Positions 51,401-56,224 of a stretch of 64,000 nucleotides of DNA are shown in pieces (the stretch's first letter is position 1; every line of letters begins with the position of its first letter). The position numbers were made by a program, and so were the translations under genes. Below the pieces are notes generated by a model. That model made no database searches, had not been told where the DNA came from, and saw only the letters and a list, made by a program, of their open reading frames with translations. The stretch is from Octopus bimaculoides (lineage: Eukaryota): assembly GCF_001194135.2 (NCBI RefSeq), contig NC_068995.1:10559749-10623748 (forward strand), in the 5' to 3' direction.

Positions 51401-51553
51401 AACATACATGCATGCATACATACATACACACATACAATGTATGTGTGTGTGTATACTGGACATTTTTTTTTTTAAATATATCAAATAACATACCATACAT
51501 GTGTCTTCTGAAAGATCTTCCTCTGTTTCTGTACTACTAGATGCATTCCCCAT
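190..51553 (-). CDS. ZZEF1: ZZEF1 ortholog (zinc finger ZZ-type and EF-hand domain protein 1), spliced, 5' part; continues off the left edge
   Basis: 41 exons with GT-AG sites chain in frame. Peptides follow recalled human ZZEF1 colinearly: MGNASSS (MGNAPSH), RWIEERM (RWLEERL), SSYWQSDGTCRSHWIR (SSYWQSDGSARSHWIR), DQSYMPQ, INIKRCHSDGCDTRVHG, ARGSV, AAVFFPD, DWEYKFRVTA (EWGYKFTVTA). Confidence 0.95.
346..424. repeat. 27-bp tandem repeat x3
   Basis: Unit tgtacgtacgtacatatatataatata. Confidence 0.9.
2585..2706 (-). CDS. ZZEF1: ZZEF1 exon 41 (CREHCKPQQIGGSEFDQTITAVFSALLWHHQDLREELENF)
   Basis: taaacag / gtaagt, phase 2 to 1; matches GSTIDQAVNATFAAL. Confidence 0.92.
3780..3880 (-). CDS. ZZEF1: ZZEF1 exon 40 (STDSNPDVLHLINNMNSAWNWADQPGLGQILLK)
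   Basis: tttccag / gtatgt, phase 0 to 2. Confidence 0.82.
4827..4960 (-). CDS. ZZEF1: ZZEF1 exon 39 (TGKTPIILLFDETSEDLCDSALWTTIFRGGYVTPIIQRSLSGNY)
   Basis: tttacag / gtaaga, phase 1 to 0; matches SPLWKPVFR. Confidence 0.87.
5311..5697 (-). mobile_element. tRNA-headed SINE family A, full length
   Basis: Head gtggaggcgcaatggcccagtggttag (A box) and gtttcgattccc (B box), (CAA)n tail, 11-bp TSD acactaatagc. Confidence 0.9.
6042..6153 (-). CDS. ZZEF1: ZZEF1 exon 38 (VTARGSADTILTWPYDMLLLLTKFLGQLCGSTMSANP)
   Basis: gtgtcag / gtaaga, phase 0 to 1; matches VTACGLPD..SW.LDLQLL. Confidence 0.93.
6245..6608 (+). mobile_element. Older SINE sharing the family A 3' half
   Basis: tRNA-like head; 3' block tcaaagggccagc...gatcaactggaac. 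Related copies at ~58120-58430 (-) and ~60350-60680 (-). Confidence 0.8.
7107..7269 (-). CDS. ZZEF1: ZZEF1 exon 37 (FDYLQFKDSAGKSFRFHHKVGMADWPNTFTF...DWEYKFR)
   Basis: gttacag / gtgagt, phase 2 to 0; matches YDYLEF...KVG..WP...EWGYKF. Confidence 0.95.
7536..7736. mobile_element. TTAA-flanked ~200-bp MITE (piggyBac-like)
   Basis: TTAA|CCCTTTAG...CTAAAGGG|TTAA. Other copies 3172-3377, 12528-12749 (opposite orientation), 16581-16795, 39501-39721, 40112-40567 (with insert). Confidence 0.8.
8646..8713 (-). CDS. ZZEF1: ZZEF1 exon 36 (VFLCPGASKMVVNFDSCCETES)
   Basis: tttccag / gtatac, phase 0 to 2; matches VFVSPGA...FDDRCETE. Confidence 0.93.
9557..9661 (-). CDS. ZZEF1: ZZEF1 exon 35 (LSHNFWVNENKDDVILKVWQVESPSCYDSKEQISQ)
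   Basis: tcttcag / gtaaat, phase 0 to 0; start of CUB-like domain (W..ES..Y). Confidence 0.9.
9916..10080. repeat. Inverted repeat / foldback, 54-bp arms, 57-nt spacer
   Basis: Arms 9916-9969 and 10027-10080 match at 51/54. Confidence 0.9.
10516..10644 (-). CDS. ZZEF1: ZZEF1 exon 34 (LILLSSTIEVLDPESRCLLLQHFKPILLQLRQLSLELHELFPD)
   Basis: tttccag / gtaagt, phase 0 to 0. Confidence 0.87.
10878..10934 (-). CDS. ZZEF1: ZZEF1 exon 33 (IEVLPKLDKLFPSLPFRQL)
   Basis: gaaacag / gtaagt, phase 0 to 0; RQL shared with human. Confidence 0.85.
12082..12149 (-). CDS. ZZEF1: ZZEF1 exon 32 (SLSIAQKVEEAFQFLLAKKEDV)
   Basis: ttaccag / gtgagt, phase 1 to 0. Confidence 0.85.
12835..13240 (-). mobile_element. 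SINE family D, two tandem copies
   Basis: Core gaggtcgactttgcctttcatcctttcggggttgataaattaagtacc. More than 12 further copies, e.g. 11470-11680, 17030-17208, 22650-22800, 37250-37680, 41870-42060, 48720-48880, 61200-61560, 62670-63730. Confidence 0.8.
13340..13562 (-). CDS. ZZEF1: ZZEF1 exon 31 (NFDSQKTLALLENLISV...YWCWQHLNSNDENSKAIAKHIFLR)
   Basis: ctttcag / gtaaga, phase 0 to 1; matches LLSWCYLQL. Confidence 0.93.
13648..13842. repeat. Compound trinucleotide microsatellite (GGT)n(GTA)n(AAT)n(GTA)n
   Basis: Direct reading; 9-N gap inside. Confidence 0.95.
14424..14540 (-). CDS. ZZEF1: ZZEF1 exon 30 (KLIEKPSVQLVFQSLCQFYTTADPMSLLYLPSGNLDKAE)
   Basis: ttggcag / gtaggt, phase 0 to 0; matches SLQLTFRSLCTYF..DP. 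Confidence 0.93.
16183..16253 (-). CDS. ZZEF1: ZZEF1 exon 29 (AAVFFPDKESRGSKLLNLMDDVE)
   Basis: ttttaag / gtcagt, phase 1 to 0; matches GAAIFFPN. Confidence 0.93.
17268..17370 (-). CDS. ZZEF1: ZZEF1 exon 28 (AAIVDMFHYLCQTLDNQCDNTNPMYKMIRQLIYD)
   Basis: ttttcag / gtgatt (weak donor), phase 0 to 1; matches AAKELYTHLCDVVD. Confidence 0.87.
18426..18510 (-). CDS. ZZEF1: ZZEF1 exon 27 (ENFEKAGALIRLLHCLLPVMTSLNEDQK)
   Basis: tttgtag / gttagt, phase 2 to 0. Confidence 0.87.
18959..19053 (-). CDS. ZZEF1: ZZEF1 exon 26 (FSTKKVNRLDVLDVDDIPVQDIWNLFRIYIK)
   Basis: tttgcag / gtaagt, phase 0 to 2; resembles LD...FWNFY. Confidence 0.88.
19810..19905 (-). CDS. ZZEF1: ZZEF1 exon 25 (PQPLFNPKKELVTVNEIQTLILNFLIDLAQVQ)
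   Basis: ccctcag / gtattg, phase 0 to 0. Confidence 0.85.
20289..20402 (-). CDS. ZZEF1: ZZEF1 exon 24 (FVLVKFLEPRSDTSGKLGVKSIQFSGFHKKITFSRMLP)
   Basis: ttaccag / gtaagt, phase 0 to 0; matches YLMVKFL...LGVQGLTISGY. Confidence 0.93.
20651..20693 (-). CDS. ZZEF1: ZZEF1 exon 23 (DELEIPVLWYPEGK)
   Basis: cacccag / gttagt, phase 2 to 0; completes W-D-E as in human WDEADV. Confidence 0.85.
21774..21839 (-). CDS. ZZEF1: ZZEF1 exon 22 (QELSVPYSENDPVAAFHFEDT)
   Basis: tttatag / gtatgt, phase 2 to 2; matches EDDPIGWF. Confidence 0.9.
22443..22526 (-). CDS. ZZEF1: ZZEF1 exon 21 (NDFCQDDHVSKYSAYDEWTQQDIQSHL)
   Basis: ctttcag / gtatgt, phase 2 to 2; matches FCAEEH...YDKW. Confidence 0.9.
23024..23079 (-). 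CDS. ZZEF1: ZZEF1 exon 20 (VISGSRGSRQGLVFVYGD)
   Basis: tcttcag / gtatgt, phase 0 to 2; matches GLVFAY. Confidence 0.9.
23805..24112. repeat. Degenerate (GAT/GAC)n microsatellite
   Basis: Direct reading; intronic. Confidence 0.9.
24139..24221 (-). CDS. ZZEF1: ZZEF1 exon 19 (YLTEGRKSVDLFFKAPDFVTLTKLMIK)
   Basis: ccctatag / gtgagt, phase 1 to 0; matches FLTETGK. Confidence 0.88.
24338..24382 (-). CDS. ZZEF1: ZZEF1 exon 18 (EIQSVLMIEHFGTG)
   Basis: gtcacag / gtaaat, phase 1 to 1; resembles ENLLVEPW. Confidence 0.78.
24869..24988 (-). CDS. ZZEF1: ZZEF1 exon 17 (SSFYLPLCGCEGGQLEDKSKQNSNNSSSSSNTTNLRSIQ)
   Basis: attccag / gttaga, phase 1 to 1; EDKS shared with human. Confidence 0.82.
26323..26403 (-). 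CDS. ZZEF1: ZZEF1 exon 16 (FPDLSLSCNQLMTKMIKSKNTALEKQ)
   Basis: ttggcag / gtaagt, phase 1 to 1; colinear position. Confidence 0.85.
26992..27098 (-). CDS. ZZEF1: ZZEF1 exon 15 (DSTGRVVPADLDILLSFNMARGSVKGLISTIKVLQ)
   Basis: ccttcag / gtaagt, phase 2 to 1; ARGSV motif. Confidence 0.92.
27186..27600 (+). mobile_element. Internally deleted mariner fossil (C-terminal catalytic region)
   Basis: TIR-like ttaggttgatgaaaaagt; HPLFQQNNAKPH...VLPHPAYNPGIAPTDYGLFRSMQ (degenerate HDNARPH / HPPYSPDLAPSD). Confidence 0.85.
27770..27886 (-). CDS. ZZEF1: ZZEF1 exon 14 (SALTHMQPLSLS...FLSKNVLKEVDNFL)
   Basis: tttccag / gtgagt, phase 2 to 2; matches ALRHMPPLSLS...FLSPNVLEEVDSFL. Confidence 0.95.
28328..28462 (-). 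CDS. ZZEF1: ZZEF1 exon 13 (LRAKDPGLSVADASAVWFIQLL...LLRT)
   Basis: cttgcag / gttggt, phase 2 to 2; matches GVSVSDASAIWY. Confidence 0.93.
29466..29544 (-). CDS. ZZEF1: ZZEF1 exon 12 (IQINIKRCHSDGCDTRVHGVKAVGY)
   Basis: ttcccag / gtaagt, phase 1 to 2; end of APC10 domain. Confidence 0.95.
29655..30015. repeat. (GT)n-derived minisatellite with gtgtgtctgtgctt units
   Basis: Direct reading; intronic. Confidence 0.9.
30477..30529 (-). CDS. ZZEF1: ZZEF1 exon 11 (HVNGDYVLIENLTTYFP)
   Basis: ttttcag / gtaaga, phase 2 to 1; matches NVTGYVTLLEN. Confidence 0.9.
30720..31320 (+). mobile_element. SINE / non-autonomous retroposon family C with (GAT)n tail
   Basis: 3' end ggaagggcatccag...catgctagcatggaaagtggacgttaaacgatgatgat. 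Copies ~6610-7065(+), 7975-8220(-), 15020-15180(+), 21340-21550(-), 25320-25620(-), 28920-29130(+), 32760-33100(-), 33285-33500(-), 36395-36560(-), 47492-47740(-). RTE partnership is an inference from the tail. Confidence 0.75.
31458..31604 (-). CDS. ZZEF1: ZZEF1 exon 10 (LRIKNNVVIKQLSMNVSSLDQSYMPQLVSISVGK...ELRIP)
   Basis: ttggcag / gttagt, phase 2 to 2; APC10 signature DQSYMP. Confidence 0.95.
32234..32299 (-). CDS. ZZEF1: ZZEF1 exon 9 (LLNGNTSSYWQSDGTCRSHWI)
   Basis: tttccag / gtaaag, phase 2 to 2; APC10 signature YWQSDG. Confidence 0.95.
33780..33876 (-). CDS. ZZEF1: ZZEF1 exon 8 (SDELLRNGEEVQQVQRCICSIEVSTNTSNSE)
   Basis: ttgacag / gtgagt, phase 1 to 2; start of APC10/DOC domain. Confidence 0.9.
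34553..34676 (-). CDS. ZZEF1: ZZEF1 exon 7 (FLIQNRAPSSSLSLPILKGVTNVMDLRLALVKSSFKSMDVL)
   Basis: ccctcccag / gtaagt, phase 0 to 1; matches FLHRNRLSS...PML. Exon 6 (phase 1 to 0) is inferred in the gap. Confidence 0.9.
36784..36934 (-). CDS. ZZEF1: ZZEF1 exon 5, EF-hand (AFQTFDTDGIGTAELQD...RKLKTTALIH)
   Basis: ctttcag / gtaaat, phase 0 to 1; matches AFAQFDAEGDGTVD. Confidence 0.92.
37732..37803 (-). CDS. ZZEF1: ZZEF1 exon 4 (TTVTMREFCDMLTSKGASEKEAAL)
   Basis: ctgac branch-like motif, ctgaag / gtaagt, phase 0 to 0; matches SVTLEQFRELLEARGA. Confidence 0.9.
37969..38349 (+). mobile_element. SINE family A, full length
   Basis: Near-identical to 5311-5697; 11-bp TSD actgcaaggtt. Confidence 0.9.
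39311..39392 (-). CDS. ZZEF1: ZZEF1 exon 3 (EEVLQDFISMYQTYILRWIEERMSRKE)
   Basis: ttttttcag / gtcagt, phase 2 to 0; matches LFRWLEERLGRGE. Confidence 0.92.
40789..40870 (-). CDS. ZZEF1: ZZEF1 exon 2 (SKENCLLQLTEQLFDLSSLRSMACKL)
   Basis: ttattgcag acceptor, gtaagt donor, phase 1 to 2; resembles LLEPARLREAAAAL. Confidence 0.8.
43787..44115 (+). mobile_element. Mariner 5' fossil (N-terminal HTH)
   Basis: MEVTEEHIQHILLYEFNKDNAMEGVRNINVVYG...QCQQ*FQK. Confidence 0.75.
44116..44780 (-). mobile_element. RTE-clade LINE fragment (ORF2 C-terminal part), degenerate
   Basis: EKLEVV..FCYLGDQV...TTRIRIAWAKFRKLLPLL...KGILYDACVQTAILHSSETWAM...RRLERNEAS. Confidence 0.85.
46033..46420 (+). mobile_element. 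SINE family A
   Basis: Same head, body and (CAA)n tail. Confidence 0.88.
46987..48370 (+). mobile_element. hATm-type DNA transposase fossil interrupted by a SINE
   Basis: KAVLCDGTPVNSG...PLQWLICLLHTNEL; HARWLTHANRILRLY; YFAHLENIL; FPCHSQGV. Stops and frameshifts present. Confidence 0.82.
50158..50537 (+). mobile_element. tRNA-headed SINE family B with internal (AT/GT)n
   Basis: Head gtggctgtgtggtaagtagcttgc...gggttcagtccc, end atgactgaaacaagtaaa. Other copies ~11016-11458(+), 13950-14350(+), 26455-26840(-), 34975-35195(+), 38750-39150(-), 43440-43690(-), 45705-45860(+), 54690-54847(-), 58453-58860(+), plus fragments. Confidence 0.85.
51499..51553 (-). CDS. ZZEF1: ZZEF1 exon 1 (MGNASSSTETEEDLSEDT)
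   Basis: acgATGG Kozak context, in-frame upstream TAA. The end at 51499 (CAT|gtatgg) is required by phase; a stronger-looking donor after 51494 (ATG|gtatgt) is out of frame. Confidence 0.8.
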
Positions 51554-52060
51554 CGTTTCTCTGGATTCCAGTAATAATTATAGGTAATTATTATAAATAT
51601 CAAAATATTCCTGTGTTGTTGGGTTAAAAGATATTTGTGAAACAAAAACCAAAACAGATCGTCGTTAAAATTTACTGTGATTGTATATGTATATATATAT
51701 ATATGTGTGTGTGTGTGTATATATAAAGATAGATAGATTGACTGATATATAGTAAATATATGTGTGTGTACAGCATATAAATGTATTCCCGATCTTAATT
51801 ATTATGAAGGTAGCAGTTTGGTTCGGACTGTAATGCGAACAAGTCAGCCACCAAAGGAAAAAAAGAGAGTGCTATGTATAAATATTGTGTATAAACACCC
51901 CCAAATGACGAATAAATGTCGTCGTCTTAAAGTAAGGCGACTAAATGAGGTTTGATTCCGACGAACGGAAGTGGCAAACTTTCGAAAGAAGTAAACAAGG
52001 GAGATAAGTGTAATTAAGTTCCGAAGTTGATTTTTAGAATTACGTCCCTTTAGAAAGACC
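51554..52060 (-). promoter_or_regulatory. Putative ZZEF1 5' UTR / promoter region
   Basis: Directly upstream of the ATG, CpG-rich relative to the gene body, ETS-type ACGGAAGTG at 51965-51973. The TSS cannot be determined from sequence. Confidence 0.45.
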
Positions 52061-52099
52061 TTAGCAAATTTAACTGGTGAGGCTTATTCGACTTGCTAG

Positions 52100-52760
52100 A
52101 AATGACAGATAAATTTTTCCTCAAACTACGTTTTGTTGTTTTAAAACAAACCATATACACACACACATTGGATAATGTGATCCGCTGTACACAATACCAG
52201 AAAATAATTTTAAAAAGTATATAATGCAGACAGTTAAGTCTCTCTTCAAACAATATTCTATCAATTTAAAACAAAACGTACACATACTAGATAATGTGAT
52301 CCGCTGTACACTATGCCAGAAAATAATCTTAAAAAGTAAGCTTAATTGGGAGGCCTCTCATGTCCATTCAACCGGCCACAAAGAGCAGCTACGTCCCTGT
52401 CATTAAAAAATCCTTCGCACTGGATAATGTGATCCGCGGTACACTGTGCCATAAGATTCAAGCTTAACCGGGAAGCCTAGTCTCGTATTGTCCGTGCGAC
52501 CTGCTACACATAGCAGCTAAATCTCACCTCAAATTACTTCCTACCGTCTTAAAAACATATACACATTGGATAATGAGATCCGCTGTCCATTGTGCCCAAA
52601 AAGTAAATTTAAAGATTATAACAAGCAAGCTTAACTGCAAAACTTCTTATGGTGTCCATTCGAACTGCTACAAATAGCAGCTAACTCGCCCCAATATACG
52701 TCCTGGTCTTTAAAAAAATCCCACACATTGAGATAATGTGATTTGCAATACACTATGCCA
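52100..52760. repeat. Degenerate tandem array, 5 units of ~120-160 bp
   Basis: Motif ggataatgtgatccgctgtacac recurs near 52169, 52289, 52421, 52568, 52731. Confidence 0.7.
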
Positions 52761-52779
52761 GGAAAATAGACAGGGTTTA

Positions 52780-53480
52780 TCAGCAGTTCAAAATGGGACA
52801 GCTGAATTTAGGAGAGGAAGGGAGAGTTTTGTAGATGACCCAATGTCTGGACGTACTGCAACTGCCACCGCCAAGGTAAACACTGATCGTGTTCACTACA
52901 TGGTGATGGATGACAGGTGATTAACTATAAATCAAATAGCCATAGTTATAAGCATATCGCGTGAAAGAGTTGAGAATATTCTGCACAATGAATTTCACAT
53001 GATAGACGCTTGTGTTCTGTGGATGCCCCGTCTTCGGACAACTGATCGAAAGCGCATCAGGTTGATTACATCACAGGGAAATCTGACATTGTTTGAGGCA
53101 GATCCAGCAGGTTTCCTAACCCACTCCGATCCTGAAACAAAGAGACAATCCATGCAATGGAAATACCCCTCATCACCTGCTCCGAAGAAGGCCAAGGTCG
53201 TTTCATTTGCAGGGAAGACGAAGGCCTCAAATTTTGGGAAGAAAAAGAAATTTTGTTTATTGAATATCTTCAAAAGGGCCACACCACCAATGGAGAATAC
53301 TGTCCCAGCTTGTTTAAGCAGTTACGAAAGGCTATCAAGACTAAACACCCAGGAAAACAGACGAAAAGGGTCTTGTTTCATCAGGACAATGCTCCAGCAC
53401 ACAAGTCCTTGATTTCAATGGACGTTGTGCGTGTCTTTGCTTTGAACTGGTTGGTCACCCTCCCTACTCTTCTGAATATA
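52780..53480 (+). mobile_element. Mariner transposase fossil
   Basis: FRRGRESFVDDPMSGR, WMPR, DPETKRQSMQW, LFHQDNAPAH, HPPYSS; frameshifted. Confidence 0.88.
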
Positions 53481-53599
53481 TGAAGTTAATTGTTATGGCC
53501 GGTCATAGAATGAGCATTGGTTTTGCACCTATAAAGCACCGTGTGCATGAGAGAATACCAAGCTGGTGTGGTCGTATGATGCATATGGGTGAGGTTGTT

Positions 53600-53851
53600 T
53601 TTGTTGGCTCTCCGTCACTTACGACGTCGAGGGTTCCAGTTGATCCGATCAACGGAACAGCCTGCTCGTGAAATTAACGTGCAAGTGGCTGAGCACTCCA
53701 CAGACACGTGTACCCTTAACGTAGTTCTCGGGAATATTCAGCGTGACACAGAGTGTGACAAGGCTGACCCTTTGAATTACAGGCACAACAGAAACAGGAA
53801 GTAAGAGTGAGAGAAAGTTGTGGTGAAAGAGTACAGCAGGGTTCGCCACCA
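53600..53851 (-). mobile_element. SINE family A, 3' part (cut by gap)
   Basis: Matches the family body up to the N-run. Confidence 0.85.
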
Positions 53852-54851
53852 NNNNNNNNNNNNNNNNNNNNNNNNNNNNNNNNNNNNNNNNNNNNNNNNN
53901 NNNNNNNNNNNNNNNNNNNNNNNNNNNNNNNNNNNNNNNNNNNNNNNNNNNNNNNNNNNNNNNNNNNNNNNNNNNNNNNNNNNNNNNNNNNNNNNNNNNN
54001 NNNNNNNNNNNNNNNNNNNNNNNNNNNNNNNNNNNNNNNNNNNNNNNNNNNNNNNNNNNNNNNNNNNNNNNNNNNNNNNNNNNNNNNNNNNNNNNNNNNN
54101 NNNNNNNNNNNNNNNNNNNNNNNNNNNNNNNNNNNNNNNNNNNNNNNNNNNNNNNNNNNNNNNNNNNNNNNNNNNNNNNNNNNNNNNNNNNNNNNNNNNN
54201 NNNNNNNNNNNNNNNNNNNNNNNNNNNNNNNNNNNNNNNNNNNNNNNNNNNNNNNNNNNNNNNNNNNNNNNNNNNNNNNNNNNNNNNNNNNNNNNNNNNN
54301 NNNNNNNNNNNNNNNNNNNNNNNNNNNNNNNNNNNNNNNNNNNNNNNNNNNNNNNNNNNNNNNNNNNNNNNNNNNNNNNNNNNNNNNNNNNNNNNNNNNN
54401 NNNNNNNNNNNNNNNNNNNNNNNNNNNNNNNNNNNNNNNNNNNNNNNNNNNNNNNNNNNNNNNNNNNNNNNNNNNNNNNNNNNNNNNNNNNNNNNNNNNN
54501 NNNNNNNNNNNNNNNNNNNNNNNNNNNNNNNNNNNNNNNNNNNNNNNNNNNNNNNNNNNNNNNNNNNNNNNNNNNNNNNNNNNNNNNNNNNNNNNNNNNN
54601 NNNNNNNNNNNNNNNNNNNNNNNNNNNNNNNNNNNNNNNNNNNNNNNNNNNNNNNNNNNNNNNNNNNNNNNNNNNNNNNNNNNNNNNNNAAACACAGACA
54701 CACACATATATATATATATACGACGGGCTTCTTTCAGTTTCCGTCTACCGAATCCACTCACAAGGCTTTGGTCGGCCCGAGGCTATTGTAGAAGACACTT
54801 GCCTAAGGTGTCACGCAGTGGGACTGAACCCAGAACCATGTGGTTGGTTAA

Positions 54852-54989
54852 CACTCGCACGATTTTCACTAGGGTGTTAGAGTTAGGGTTAATTTAGGCT
54901 TAGGCTTAGGGTTTAGGGTTACGGTTACGGTTTTAGGGTTAGGGTTAGGGAATTCCATCCCTAACACCCTAGTGAAGATCGTGCGGGTG
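54852..54989. mobile_element. 138-bp MITE with 29-bp TIRs, TTAA flanks and TTAGGG-like core
   Basis: CACTCGCACGATTTTCACTAGGGTGTTAG versus reverse complement of the right end CACCCGCACGATCTTCACTAGGGTGTTAG (27/29). Confidence 0.8.
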
Positions 54990-56224
54990 TTAATCTGAAA
55001 ATTTACCCAAAACTTTGCACGGGGCTGAATCAAGCTGCTTTAAATAACATAGCAAATTAGCTGGGTGTTAAATAACCACCTAAAGGATTAAAATAATTAA
55101 ATTGAATTGAATTTATCATTAAATAATTAAATTATTTAATTGTTCAATTATTATTGTTGTTTTGGTTTCCATTTCTGCTTTATGTATGTATGTATAATAC
55201 ATTGTTTGTTTTTATGTACAGTTATAATAAAAGCAATTTTGTGCTAATCCGATGGGTTACTCTATATTTTTGTGGAGTAAAGGAAAAGTTCCCAAATTTA
55301 TTATTCTTATACAAGAATGCTATTTACAGTACCTGCACAGCAACAACAACAAGCAAATAAATGTATTGTAATGTGACATCTTCGTCCACTTATATGCTAT
55401 TGTCGCCATTATTTTTGACTCGTCTATCGTGCTATCGCCGACACCTCCGCAAGACAATGACTTTGAAACGTCTACCTTGACGGTAATTCGAACTCGTATA
55501 TATCACGTAACTGACACTGACTCCAACGACTCAACTGCTATCGATCTTCTACGACTGACTGACTGACTTTATAGTGGCTGAACGAGTCCGGAATTAGTTT
55601 GTCACGTGGGAAGGGGGGAGTATCATTTTCACTACAACACAATGGACTAGCTTAAACTACCTACATTCTTTTGTGGGGAAAAAAAAAAGATGGCACACCC
55701 AGTGACTAAGGGCTTAGATATTGTCAAACCGCATAGGTAAATTGAATAATATTGAAAGCAGCAAAAATACTGTTACACCGTGTGCCTACCTAACAAAAGA
55801 AAAACGTCTGCAGGTCTGTTTACAAAGGTGTACATGCATGAATAAATTCTAAACAACATAACCCCAAACTTAATCAATATAAATTTTTCCCGTACACTTT
55901 TCCATTACAGTCCAAATTAAAAACCTAATTACCAACCCACTCAAACTTACACACCCAAAGATAATTTTAACACAACAGAGAATATATAAAGGTAATACTA
56001 ACTCTAATGCATCGCAGTTTGACGATGTCATAGCTGACCGAAACTTCAGTCTGTCAACATTCTTTTATGATGTGTGTGTGTATTAAAGATTAACAACAGA
56101 TGTTATGTAATTACCTTCATTAGCTTACTAAGAAGCAATGACATTAGTGTGAGTGCATGAACCATAGCTTCTGTGTAGCTATCAAAACAAAGAATATGTT
56201 TATTTCGGAAAGCAGTTAAATATA

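Noticed and set aside
52100-52760. Repeat-spacer-like array as CRISPR
   Set aside because: Eukaryotic context, degenerate long units, no cas genes.
54881-54950. TTAGGG run as a chromosome-fusion scar
   Set aside because: Short, one orientation only, and enclosed by TIRs.
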